Positions 21,319 through 31,214 of a DNA stretch of 64,000 nucleotides are shown in pieces. Numbering within the stretch: the stretch's first letter is position 1; every line of letters starts with the position of its first letter. The notes under the pieces were generated by a model, which had not been told where the DNA came from, ran no database searches, and saw only the letters and a list, made by a program, of their open reading frames with translations. Source of the stretch: Nitrosopumilus sp. Lineage in GTDB: Archaea; Thermoproteota; Nitrososphaeria; Nitrososphaerales; Nitrosopumilaceae. The stretch spans positions 1,152,001 through 1,216,000 of the forward strand of contig OZ250186.1 of assembly GCA_965238275.1 (NCBI GenBank). Reading direction: 5' to 3'. The position numbers were made by a program, and so were the translations under genes.

Positions 21319-23332
21319 GATAAAGAAAAAAAAGGATCAAGGCTTATTATAGTTGCGAATCGGAGGAGGAACCCTCTTGGCGTCAATATCCGTGTCGCTC
21401 TAGGCAAATGCATGCATGTCCTGACCGCAGCCCGGAGAAGATCCATATCACCGTAACGTTACAGAACCCTCTGGTGGGTTCTACGTCCTCAACCACGGTT
21501 CAATCTAGAGAAGATCCGTATTTCAGGCACCATCACACGGATGTTACACTGCATTCCATCACACGCAGACGTTACAGCCTCTTTTCATATGAGTCTGCCG
21601 TACCGCAGACCATAACTGACTGTATTGGCATTATGCCTGCCCAAATGGGGTTTTAAGCACCGCGTTTCTTACAACCATGCGCCTCCCAGTAACCTCGCTG
21701 CTCGGAATGCTCGGCATCATGGGCGTATTCATGGTACTCGACTTGTACAGCCTGTTTGCCATGTCCGTCCCGACCTTCATCATACTGCTCGTGCTCACGC
21801 AGATAGACATCATGGACGTCTTCCACGAAAGAATCAGGCCACTGTTCTCAAGGGCGCGCAAGAAGGAAAAGAAGCCACAGGCCGCGGGTTCGGGCATCGC
21901 GGTCCAACACGGACGCTTCGGCGTACTCCTGGAGGCAAAACCAATAACAGCAGACCGCGCCATGACGATGCTCAAGCCATTCATGTCAATCACGCCCATA
22001 CGAAAGCTCGAGAAATACCTGGTCGAAAAGGTGCGCATCGCGATATTCGAGTCCGGCCACGCCAACGACTCCATGAAGATCGCCAGGCACGGAATACTGT
22101 ACGCCATAATATCCGTGCCGCCGTCAGCCGCGGTGGCAGTCGCGCTGGCATTCCTCTTCCACCCCGGCTTTCTCGGGCTGTGCGCGGTCCCGGTCGCCGT
22201 TCTGTTCAGCGGCCTGCTCCAACTAAAAAATGTCAAGTCGCAGCGCAAGTCGGCAATCGGCCACGAGCTGCCCGTATTCATCGCGTGCGCCAGCATAATG
22301 GAAAAGGTCGGCGTGTCATTCTACGAGTTCATCGAAAAGATATCAAAGTCCAAGACGACACTCTTTCCCATACTGCGACAGGACGCGCTGATCTTCCAGC
22401 GCAACGTCCAATACATGGCCATGTCGCACACCATGGCGCTGCGCAAGGTAGCAGAGACGCACCCGAACAACGATTTCAAGGAGATAGTCACGAATTATTC
22501 CGCCGCATACAACACGTCCGGCACGAACACCGCCAACACGATGATTGCGGCCACCGAATCCGCTTTCCGCGTGATGCGAAACAACGTAAAGTCCTACACC
22601 GACGAGGCAAACGGAATCGCCCAAATGGTGTTGCTCATAATGGCCGCCATGCCAATACTCGCCATAGCGACCACGTTTATCGCCGCCGGCAAGGACGCAG
22701 TCTCCATGACGATAATGGTGATGATCATCCTTCCGGTAATCATAGTGGCGTTGCTGATGGCAGTCGACGGCAAGCAGCCGCGCACGCACAACGCGGTCCC
22801 GCTGTACCGCCCGCCGCTGGTGCTGGCGTTCCTGTCGGTTCCAGTCACACTGATTGCAGGCGTGCCCTTGTGGGGCGTCATGGGGGCCGCGACCGTGATA
22901 TGGGCGGGCATGAACGCCTTCATGGCAAAAAAGCACTTTTCCAACATATCGAGAATGGACGACGCGCTGCCGGCATTTTCGCAGTTCGTGACCGACGGCA
23001 GGCTGGAGGGCATGGAGATCCGCGAGGCAGTCGCGGCCAGGGCCAAAACCAAGGACAAGAAGGACGCGCTCAGTCCCGTGTTGCTGGACATATCAAAACA
23101 GATGATGTTCGGCAAGTCGTTGGCAGTAGCTGCAGAGTCGGCCCGCACGACGTCGTGGCTGTCCAGGATACTGTTCTTCGTGCTCTCGCAGGTGCAGGAG
23201 AGCGGCGGCGGCGACACGCACTCGCTGCAGACGTTTACTAATTTCGTCAAGGACTACGTGGAGTCCAGGCGCGAAATGATGGCAAAATTGCGCGGTTCTG
23301 TCATCATGGGGTACATCATACCGCTAATCATG

Positions 23333-25014
23333 AGATCCTATGCAGAATGTGCCTGACGTGGCAAATCATAAAATCATGTCAGAACTGCGCTAGCCGTGGC
23401 CATATTTGAAAATCTCGTCTGCCGTATATTTTACAAATTTGTCTTGCACGTCCATGTGAAAAATCCAGTTTCCAGTATTGGAAAATAAGGCACGTTCTGT
23501 GGATGTGCGGCATCCGTCCCCGGGGCGGCAGGTTGTTTCATGGGGAATGGTGGGGGAATTTGCACAAATATTGGATGCCGTGCGCGACATTCCTGCACTG
23601 CCTGATGCCACCTGCCTTTCACTCCGTCAGGCGGCTCGTGCCGCCCTGTCTCAGAGGCGCGCCCTTTTTTCGGCCAGCCTTTTGAGAAGGTCCGCGTCCC
23701 TGAGTTTTATTTCGTCCCACATCAGATCCTGGTTTACCATTCCCGCAATCGCGTTGAGCTCGTCGTTGTACTCCTCCTCGGTGCCGTCGTACGGGTCAGT
23801 CAGCCTCTTGTACTGTTTCAGGCTTCCGATAACGTGCTCTATGGCCACGCGGGAGCTGTTTACCCTCTTGTTGTAGGCGCGCTGCTTCTTTGTCAGGCCG
23901 CCGGTCTTTTTGTCGGCTCCACGCTTTTTCTTGTGCGGGTGCCTGATGTGCCATCCGGGATATTCCTCTCTTGTCCCTTGGTAGCCCTTGTCCATCAGGA
24001 CGTCAGGCTTTTCCTCTTCGGGCACGTCCTTCTGGCCCATCCTTGCCGTAATGATTCCAAGGTTTGGCGGATCCTCGTTGAGCAGGGTCTTGTCGTGGAC
24101 GCTGCCCGGAACGGTCTTGCTTATCGCCACTATCACGCGGCGCTTGTTGATCACGATGTTGGTATTGTACGTGTGCGCCTTCTTCTTGCCAGAGTACGTC
24201 TTTTTGCGTCTCTCCTTGTCCGCGGACCTTCTGACCCGGTTGTGCGTGCCGTCCACCATCAGTTCTCCTCCCCTCCTGCCGGGTATTATCTTCTTGCTCT
24301 CCTCGAGTGTCTTGGCCTTTTGTACAGCCTCGCTGATTTTGCGCGGCGCCGTGCCTGTCTCGCCGAGCAGCCTGGTCATCAACGGGAGATACCTGGAGAC
24401 GGTGGCCTGGTCGACGCCAAACATCGCGGCAAGGGCTTCCTGCGGTATGCTCAGCCTTGTCCGAAACAGCCACAGCAGGTACGCGTGCCTCAGGGGCAGG
24501 ATGCGCCTGCTTCCGGAGTTTTTTGATCTGCTCCCAACTTCCCAAAAGAGCGCAGTCTCCCCGTTCCGCTCCAAAAGCTCCTTGAGGCGGTTCAGCGTGT
24601 GGTCAAACCTTTCCGGGGTGCGCAGCGTCATGGCGTGCAGGAATTCAGGATATTTTATGATGTCGTCAAGAAACCTAGACGTGATGGTCCAGTGGTCAGT
24701 CAGGCGTTCCTTGAGGGCCTCGCCCTTCTGTCGGTCTGTCCTGCGTGCCTCCCTGAGGGCCCTGATCCTCTGCCTGTGGAGTTCTCCTGATTCCCTGAGC
24801 GACTCGTTTTCCTGCCGTATTCTCTGCACGATCGGTTCTGCCAGCATTGCCATCACGGTGTGGCGTAAAGACCACCGATCTTAATGTTTCGGTTGCCGTT
24901 CCTGGATTGGCATGTTTTACGGTTCCGTGGATATTCGGCCGTATGTGGTGCTGCACGTGGGAATAACCCAATTTAATTCAGTTTTTTAAGTCAGGCACAT
25001 TCTGCATGAGATCT
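23333..25014 (-). mobile_element. IS5-family (ISL2-like, DDE_Tnp_4) element, copy 1
   Basis: 25-bp imperfect TIR AGATC(CT/TC)ATGCAGAATGTGCCTGAC; 3-bp TSD ATG. Confidence 0.92.
23651..24856 (-). CDS. DDE transposase (HTH + DDE_Tnp_4)
   Basis: LAAMFGVDQATVSR, VDGTH, YSGKKKAHT, GSVHD, DKGYQG, RVAIEHVIG. Confidence 0.92.
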   Translation of the reverse strand: MMAMLAEPIVQRIRQENESLRESGELHRQRIRALREARRTDRQKGEALKERLTDHWTITSRFLDDIIKYPEFLHAMTLRTPERFDHTLNRLKELLERNGETALFWEVGSRSKNSGSRRILPLRHAYLLWLFRTRLSIPQEALAAMFGVDQATVSRYLPLMTRLLGETGTAPRKISEAVQKAKTLEESKKIIPGRRGGELMVDGTHNRVRRSADKERRKKTYSGKKKAHTYNTNIVINKRRVIVAISKTVPGSVHDKTLLNEDPPNLGIITARMGQKDVPEEEKPDVLMDKGYQGTREEYPGWHIRHPHKKKRGADKKTGGLTKKQRAYNKRVNSSRVAIEHVIGSLKQYKRLTDPYDGTEEEYNDELNAIAGMVNQDLMWDEIKLRDADLLKRLAEKRARL

Positions 25015-26295
25015 ATGGTAGTAATGCTGGTCGTGACGTCCGAAATGACCAGCACGGTCACCGGCGACATAGAAGCGCTTGAAACTCTGTTTCCTAATTA
25101 CACTCGACACAGATACTCGTCTGTGCAATTCTGCCTGCGTCGTCGTCTCGCCCCCTTCCCTTGCAGTCCTTGGGCCGGGCTTGTAGGCTTGCACGATCCT
25201 TGGCGTGCCGTACCCGTTGTCGATTGCAGTATCGATCATCTGGTTGTGCAGCTGCACCTTTCCGTATATCTCGGCCTTGACGTTCTCCCACTTGCGCGCG
25301 CTTATGCACTCGCCCAACACCCGCTTGAACGTGGAAAATACAATCTCGACTGACCACCGGTCGTTGTACCCTGACTCCCTGCGCCACGCCTTCTGGAATT
25401 CCCTCTTTTGTTCGCGCGTGAGGCCTGCAAACTTGCGTTCTGCCGTCTTGTCCATGCAGTCCAGGTCCCCCAGCTGCCTGAATCCTGCCTCCTTGCGGGG
25501 CATGCACCCGTTCGCCTTTCCGGCAAAGTCGATGCGGACGGGAATCAGCGGCTCGATTCCCTGCTCGTCGCAGTACCTGCGGATCTTCTGGGTGTCGTAC
25601 GCGCCGTCGGCTGCCGCCTTGGTGCCTGCAGAAGTGTCTGAGTTTGGTGATTTTTTTGCATTTGCAAGGGCCTGCCCCACCAGTTCCTCAAACTGCGGAG
25701 AGTCCCCGCACCTGTCGTCAGTTATTACCACGGCGTAGATCTTTTTGGTTTTGGCATCCACCCCGACGTGCAGCTTTATGAAGCCCCGCCTGGTCCCCCA
25801 CTTTTCTGTCATCCAGTCGCCGCGGTTTGTGGGCTTGAGTCCAGTGGAGTCGAAGGCAAACAGCTTGATCTCGGCCCGGGTGCCGCCGTCTGAGAACCAC
25901 GCAGAAGCCGTGCCGCTACCATCATCATTGTCTGCAACAGTGCAGCCAAGCTTGGTCATCCTCTTCTGGAACGCCGAGTACGTGGGCGCGTTTTCCTTGC
26001 CGACTATCGTCTCTGCCAGACCCTGGAGCTGCCTGTACCTTATGCCGGTGGCGTTTTTGAACAGGGATGCTGCTGCAAAGCACGCGTTTGAAAATACGTA
26101 CGGGCGGCCTACCTTCCCGCAGTTTAGCTTCTCGACTCCCTGAGTCAGGATCTCCGGGCTTATCTGGAGCGTCCACAACCGGCCGCGGTCTATGTACCTG
26201 CGGTCATCGTACTGGAACCGGCGTTCTTTGGATTTGAAAGATTTTTTAGCCTCATGCGTGCCCGTTTTGTCTGGAGAGGATGTGTTTTCAGTCAT
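24991..26295 (-). CDS. IS5-family transposase; frame runs out through the element end
   Basis: GRPYVFS, FDSTGLK, FIKLHVGVD, ADGAYDT, YNDRWSVEIVFSTFKR. Confidence 0.88.
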   Translation of the reverse strand: MTENTSSPDKTGTHEAKKSFKSKERRFQYDDRRYIDRGRLWTLQISPEILTQGVEKLNCGKVGRPYVFSNACFAAASLFKNATGIRYRQLQGLAETIVGKENAPTYSAFQKRMTKLGCTVADNDDGSGTASAWFSDGGTRAEIKLFAFDSTGLKPTNRGDWMTEKWGTRRGFIKLHVGVDAKTKKIYAVVITDDRCGDSPQFEELVGQALANAKKSPNSDTSAGTKAAADGAYDTQKIRRYCDEQGIEPLIPVRIDFAGKANGCMPRKEAGFRQLGDLDCMDKTAERKFAGLTREQKREFQKAWRRESGYNDRWSVEIVFSTFKRVLGECISARKWENVKAEIYGKVQLHNQMIDTAIDNGYGTPRIVQAYKPGPRTAREGGETTTQAELHRRVSVSSVIRKQSFKRFYVAGDRAGHFGRHDQHYYHRSHAECA

Positions 26296-26436
26296 GGCTG
26301 TTACCTGACTGCCTGCACACCTCTCTGATCAATACGGTTTTCTATTGAAGATGTTTGATATGATGTTCAAATTCAACTGATCTGGCCTAATTCTGAACCT
26401 GTTGGGTGTGACTGGCGATAATTAGGAAACAGAGTT
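25083..26436 (-). mobile_element. IS5-family (IS903-like) element
   Basis: 18-bp TIR AACTCTGTTTCCTAATTA; 8-bp TSD GCGCTTGA (25075-25082 / 26437-26444). Confidence 0.9.
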
Positions 26437-26717
26437 GCGCTTGAGGCGATGCCGATAAACTTCCCCACGGTCGAGCAGACAGAAGCGATAGCAGAGCAGT
26501 CAAACTTCCTCATAGTCGAATGCACCATACTCATCGGGCTCTTGGTCTCCAAGATAACGTACTTTACAATGAAACACACCATGCACGTCTGCATGATGGC
26601 GGCATTCGGGACCGCGCTGTGCATGGCCCTGCCGTACATCAAGGAGATAGTCGGCGGGCTGGTTTAGGCCTGAACCCATTCTGCGCCGTGCGCAGCAGCA
26701 CCTGCGCGTAAAAAAAA

Positions 26718-26882
26718 TCAGTCCTTGCCAAGCGAGGATTCGTAATCTTGCTTGGCGAGATTGTATGCTATCGGATCCGTGCTCTTGAGCACCTTTGAAG
26801 CCGGGGCCGACCAGTTGCCAATCCTGACGTCGTCCTCGGCGACTTCGTCAATGTAATCGTCAAATTCCTCGTCTGTTACCAT
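26718..26882 (-). CDS. 54-aa acidic protein, virus/MGE-like (MVTDEEFDDYIDE...SKVLKSTDPIAY)
   Basis: Hand translation; CCTTTTACG at -26; T-run terminator right after the stop. Confidence 0.65.
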   Translation of the reverse strand: MVTDEEFDDYIDEVAEDDVRIGNWSAPASKVLKSTDPIAYNLAKQDYESSLGKD

Positions 26883-27012
26883 GCAGGGACGGCACCTTTA
26901 ACGTAAAAGGAGTTATGAGACTCATGCCAAATATCGTGTCTAGCCATCAATAAAATGGAATGTAAGTTTCAAACAACCATAATGGGACCAAATGGTATAT
27001 CGAAAGTCCGTA

Positions 27013-27092
27013 CATCTAAGTTAACACCATGCATCTAAGTTAACAACCCCGCCAATCCGGAGAAACCTCTTGGAGAATTAACAAAGTGGCCA
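27013..27092. repeat. Direct repeats CATCTAAGTTAACA x2 plus GAATTAACA; homologous to 52992-53133
   Basis: Cores at 27016 and 27035; GAATTAACA starts 40 nt after the last core at both loci. Confidence 0.75.
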
Positions 27093-27130
27093 TGGATAAC
27101 ATTTGAATACCACGTTGCCATAACTGATTT

Positions 27131-27442
27131 ATGAAATTTCAGGAATTCTGGATCCAACTGTCAAGAAAACTACCCCGTTGCAGAAAATTCCATACCCTGC
27201 CACGATCAAAGCCGTTTGAGGCATATCTATCAAATGGCAACACGATCAAAGTAATACCTGGCTCGACCAAGGAACCCAGACTCGTCAAAATGACCGAGTT
27301 TCAAAAAATGTGGGACATCATGAAAGACGACATTCGAAGCGAGAGATACAAAAATAGAAAGAAGCGGTATTATCCCTTTTGGAACCCAGTATACGTCAGC
27401 GCGTTGATTGATTACGTAGTGGCTGATCAGAACATGGAATAG
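27131..27442 (+). CDS. Hypothetical basic protein
   Basis: 103-aa ORF with ATG start. Confidence 0.6.
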   Translation: MKFQEFWIQLSRKLPRCRKFHTLPRSKPFEAYLSNGNTIKVIPGSTKEPRLVKMTEFQKMWDIMKDDIRSERYKNRKKRYYPFWNPVYVSALIDYVVADQNME

Positions 27443-27596
27443 GCAGGCAACGGCGCTGTTCAACATCGTGTATCATGGTCAAACACTGCCAACACATGCA
27501 GGCCGGATCACCAAAAATGAACAGTGCCATCCTGACTGGAACAAACTGTGAGATTCACGTTTTTGACCGAACAGGCACGTCGCGCGAAAGCCGCGG

Positions 27597-27929
27597 CTAT
27601 ACTTCCATCCACGGCTCGATTGACAAGTTTATGTGCGAACTGTGGTTTTTGTGGATATCGTTGTGGCAATAATACGCCCCGCATTGCTGACATGGAAATA
27701 TATCCCCACGGCAAAAGCGTTTACCGCAGTCGCCGCAGGCCACGTTGTGTTCAGTGCAAACGTTGCGCTCGCACTCACTGCACGTTCCAAAATGGTCGTT
27801 GCAAAACGCGTATTCGCAGTCGACGCATATCTCATAATGCACGTCGCACGCTAGCCTGCCGCACTCGGAACATTGTCCGGTTGCCACGCCTGACCCGCAC
27901 CCATAACACACCTTCTGTTCGTCCGCCAT
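27597..27929 (-). CDS. Cys-rich repeat zinc-finger protein (B-box/AN1-like CxxC..CxxH repeats)
   Basis: Five C-x2-C-x4-C-x2-H/D units plus an N-terminal CxxC; CTTATA at -26 from ATG 27929. Confidence 0.7.
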   Translation of the reverse strand: MADEQKVCYGCGSGVATGQCSECGRLACDVHYEICVDCEYAFCNDHFGTCSECERNVCTEHNVACGDCGKRFCRGDIFPCQQCGAYYCHNDIHKNHSSHINLSIEPWMEV

Positions 27930-27974
27930 GCATTGAAGAGACTGACATCGTATAAGCACTTGAAAACGTTTTAC

Positions 27975-28021
27975 GACTCTGGTAGGTTGTGGTGATCAGA
28001 TCACAAAAATTTACCAGAGTC
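27975..28021. repeat. 47-bp palindromic site
   Basis: gactctggtaggttgtggtgatc a gatcacaaaaatttaccagagtc, located between divergent genes. Confidence 0.75.
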
Positions 28022-28102
28022 TCATCCATCAAACCAACACGCCATAACCACGCGTTGTTCACATCACCATTGTTCCTTTTACGTCACCGCTCCATTCATT
28101 CC

Positions 28103-28291
28103 ATGGCAACATGCGACCATTGCAAGCAGGAGATTAAGCCCGGAAGCGAGGCGTTTGACGACCCTGGCAGGGTACCGAGGCACGCGGCATGCCAGCAGGA
28201 GATCGTTGAACGATACGCCGAAGGCAGGTGCTTCCGGTGCGGAATCCTACTCAAGTTCAAGTCAAGCGGGTATTGTGATTCGTGTCCGTAA
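28103..28291 (+). CDS. Small zinc-finger protein (MATCDHC...HAAC...CFRCG...CDSC)
   Basis: Cys/His motifs; CCTTTTACG at -26. Confidence 0.65.
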   Translation: MATCDHCKQEIKPGSEAFDDPGRVPRHAACQQEIVERYAEGRCFRCGILLKFKSSGYCDSCP

Positions 28292-28356
28292 TCTGACCGC
28301 GGCACACCTCTTTGTCAAAACCGCCACGAATGGGCTTTCAAAATCCGCGTGGCAGA

Positions 28357-28848
28357 ATGGTTCGACTGCCCTTTTATCAAATCGCGACAACGTCTGGCAT
28401 GAAGCCGTACAGTACCGGGATGTGGGATTTATTCAACCCATCAAGGCCATTGAAGGAAACCCTGTTGGTCCTTGCCGTCGTTTCGTTGGCAGTATTCATA
28501 TTCAACACCTCGTACGCCATACACGAGTGCGGTTGGGACACGTCATGTGCAATACTGCAAATGACCGCCATTGGAACGTTGCTTACTGTGGCGTCCATGA
28601 GCGGCAGCGTGGTGTTACTGGTGTTTGTCTACAGGAATTTTCCCAAGACGTGCGTGCGAATGGCCGGCGGCGAATATATCCGCATATGGTGGCTGTTCCA
28701 TGTGATGTTCGGCGCCAACGCGCTGATAAAATTCACGCTTTATGGCGAAACGCTGTGGGGAGAGACGTTCTTTTTCATGTTCCTGTTTACAGGCGCGCTG
28801 TACGCGATGGGAATTACATACTTGAGCAGACATAGTACACCCTTTTAA
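28357..28848 (+). CDS. Hypothetical multi-pass membrane protein (start uncertain)
   Basis: Four hydrophobic segments. Confidence 0.55.
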   Translation: MVRLPFYQIATTSGMKPYSTGMWDLFNPSRPLKETLLVLAVVSLAVFIFNTSYAIHECGWDTSCAILQMTAIGTLLTVASMSGSVVLLVFVYRNFPKTCVRMAGGEYIRIWWLFHVMFGANALIKFTLYGETLWGETFFFMFLFTGALYAMGITYLSRHSTPF

Positions 28849-30140
28849 CGCACGGTACCGTATAGTACCATACCAATGAAGCAAGTTATTTCATACACCA
28901 CGCAGACATTCACAATTCCATTTTACCAGTCCGGCAAGATATCGCGCCTCATATGGGGGGCGCATTTCCAGACGGACTGGTGCTACAACGAGGGCGTTCG
29001 GCAGGCGCTGGAGGCCAGGCCCACGCAGTACGACATGTTCTCAATATTGAAGGAAAAGCGGGACGAACGCGACTGGCTGGACCTGAACGTGTGCGTGCAC
29101 AGGTACGCGATTGACGGCGGCCGCAAGGCAGTCGAGGCATTCCGCGCATCAAACGCCGAAAAACGCTGGAGGCCAAAACGCAAGCGCAGATACACGTCCC
29201 CGGACAGCTTGTTCAGGAAGCGGCAGGACGGCAAAAGGCAGGCAGCCATGGGGTGCTATGCAAGGCCGGCAGGCAACAAGGACGGCTCCTGGAACTTAGG
29301 CGGGATCTGCAATGTCGTGCCCAAAAGCACCGGGATTGAACGCAGCAGCATCAAGTCTTTCCAGATAGTCGAGATGACTCGCAAGATAACCAAACATATA
29401 CCAGCAATGAAAAATTCATATCAAAATCGCTCATAAATTTTTGATGCAACAGCCGTCTCTGGAAATTACGAGGTGCGTTGAATTCCCAAATGACGAGAAA
29501 AGACGCCCCGAACATTAGACATTGCATGCTCTGGTGCGCCGTGCATGGCACACGCTAGGCGGCGTGGATCCGGTGCGGTTTGATGTCGTTCTAGATGGCC
29601 CTGTACAGAAAGTTTTCAACGACCAGATTCGGTTTTTTGTACCTCGTGTACCTGGTGATCGCCTCGCGGAGCATGCTCAGGCTGGTGTACGGCACGTCAA
29701 GCACTACCCGCTTGAGATCCCTCCAGTACGTCTCTATGGCGCTCAGGTCCGGGGTCGCAGTTGGCAGGAAGACTATCTCCAGGCCGTCTGTGCCATCAAG
29801 CAGTTTGCGTATGTTTGATGCCCTGTGCTGGGAGGCCTTGTCCATGATCAGGCAGATCTTCTTGAACCTGTACATCGCCTGCCTTAGAAAGTCCTCAAAG
29901 GTGTCCTTGGTAAACGCATCGTACTGCCGGAACATGCCCCTGCCGTCCGTGGTGATTAGTCCATGGATTATCGTCTTGGAGTGTGAGCCGGTGTACGTGA
30001 AAAACGCCCGTATTCCCTTCCTGGTGTAGCCGCGTCTTCGCGGCCGCGCATCGGAGATTACTATGGACTCGTCCTGTATCGCTACGACTGTTCCTTCGCT
30101 GTTCTTTTTTTTAATAAGCTCTGGCATCTCTTTTTGGAAT

Positions 30141-31214
30141 TCTATTGTACGAGAATTAGTTCGTCCTAATTTTAGGAGAACTATCAAGGAGTATTTTGTG
30201 CTGTACCGATCAAGAAAATCCATGGTAGCGAGGCTTACACAAAAGGCAGTACGGTATGCAATTACACAGTGTCAAAAGGGACAGAAGACATCCACAGTGG
30301 CAAAACAAGTGGGTGTGTCCCAGAGGCGCATCCAGCAACTGTATGCAGAGTTTCGGCGTACGGGTACCGTGCATGCGCTGCAGAGACCGGGAAGAAGACC
30401 AGTGCACGCGACAGACGCGGATGTGAGCATGGTGCTAGAGGAGCACGGGCGTGAACCCGTAGGCGTTCTGCAGACGGCCAAAAAACTGAGAAGGAATCAT
30501 GATATTAGCTACGCCCTGACATATCGGATCATGAAGGACAACGGTCTGGTGACTGCGTCTCCTGCAAAGTCCAAGAAGAGAAAGTGGGTCCGCTTTGAGA
30601 GAAGATACTCAAACGCGATGTGGCATGTTGACTGGCACGTCATGAAGGATCCGCGCTTCAGGGGACTCAACCTAGTCACGTATCTGGATGACTCCTCCCG
30701 GTGCGTGGCGGCAGCGCAGCTGTTCACCGAGGCCACCTCAGAGAACGCGGTGGCCGTGCTGCAAAAGGCAATCGAGACGTTTGGAATGCCTGCCACCATA
30801 CTATCTGACAACGGTTCGTGCTTTGTAGGCGCGGCAGGCAGGCACAAGAAAGGGGAAGACGGCAGGAGAAGGAAGGCACCTGCCGGATCATGGCAGCCTA
30901 CCGCCTTTGAGGCCGAGTTGCTGGACCGCGGAATCGAGCTGATAAACACCAGGCCGTACCACCCCCAGACCAACGGCAAGCTGGAGCGGTTCCACCGCAG
31001 CATAGAAGAAGAGATTTACCACTACGAGTCATTGTCAAAATACATTGAATACTACAACGAACGCAGGCTTCACTGGTCCTTGGACATTGACAACTACGAG
31101 ACCCCATTGCTTGCGTTTCGCAACAGAAAGGCCACTGAAGCGATCAGGAATGACAACCCAAAATGGATGGAGGTGGACACCGATGACTAGGCGAAATAAT
31201 TATCATATATTACA
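30141..31214 (+). mobile_element. IS481-family element
   Basis: Imperfect TIR TCTATTGTACGAGAATTAGTTCG / TGTAATATATGATAATTATTTCG; 15-bp TSD ATCTCTTTTTGGAAT (30126-30140 / 31215-31229). Confidence 0.88.
30222..31190 (+). CDS. IS481-family rve integrase-like transposase
   Basis: WHVDW, LDDSSR, LSDNGSCF, PYHPQTNGKLERFH, YNERRLH. Confidence 0.93.
   Translation: MVARLTQKAVRYAITQCQKGQKTSTVAKQVGVSQRRIQQLYAEFRRTGTVHALQRPGRRPVHATDADVSMVLEEHGREPVGVLQTAKKLRRNHDISYALTYRIMKDNGLVTASPAKSKKRKWVRFERRYSNAMWHVDWHVMKDPRFRGLNLVTYLDDSSRCVAAAQLFTEATSENAVAVLQKAIETFGMPATILSDNGSCFVGAAGRHKKGEDGRRRKAPAGSWQPTAFEAELLDRGIELINTRPYHPQTNGKLERFHRSIEEEIYHYESLSKYIEYYNERRLHWSLDIDNYETPLLAFRNRKATEAIRNDNPKWMEVDTDD

Larger units (their letters stand above)
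21677..26667 (+). pseudogene. TadC/FlaJ-like (T2SS-F) type IV pilus platform protein interrupted by two IS
   Basis: Duplicated T2SSF-like domains (ELPVFI..; DALPAF..G.SL..A..SQVQESGG). Segments 21677-23332, 25018-25082 and 26445-26667 rejoin in frame. Confidence 0.8.

Noticed and set aside
21625-23241. Long alternative-frame and antisense ORFs (also 6355-7353, 8581-9636, 39270-40184, 53361-54293, 62139-63821)
   Set aside because: Shadows of real GC-rich genes; low-complexity products with no motifs.
30098-30120. Programmed frameshift at the A-run in the IS630 transposase
   Set aside because: After IS481 removal the two halves are already in one frame.
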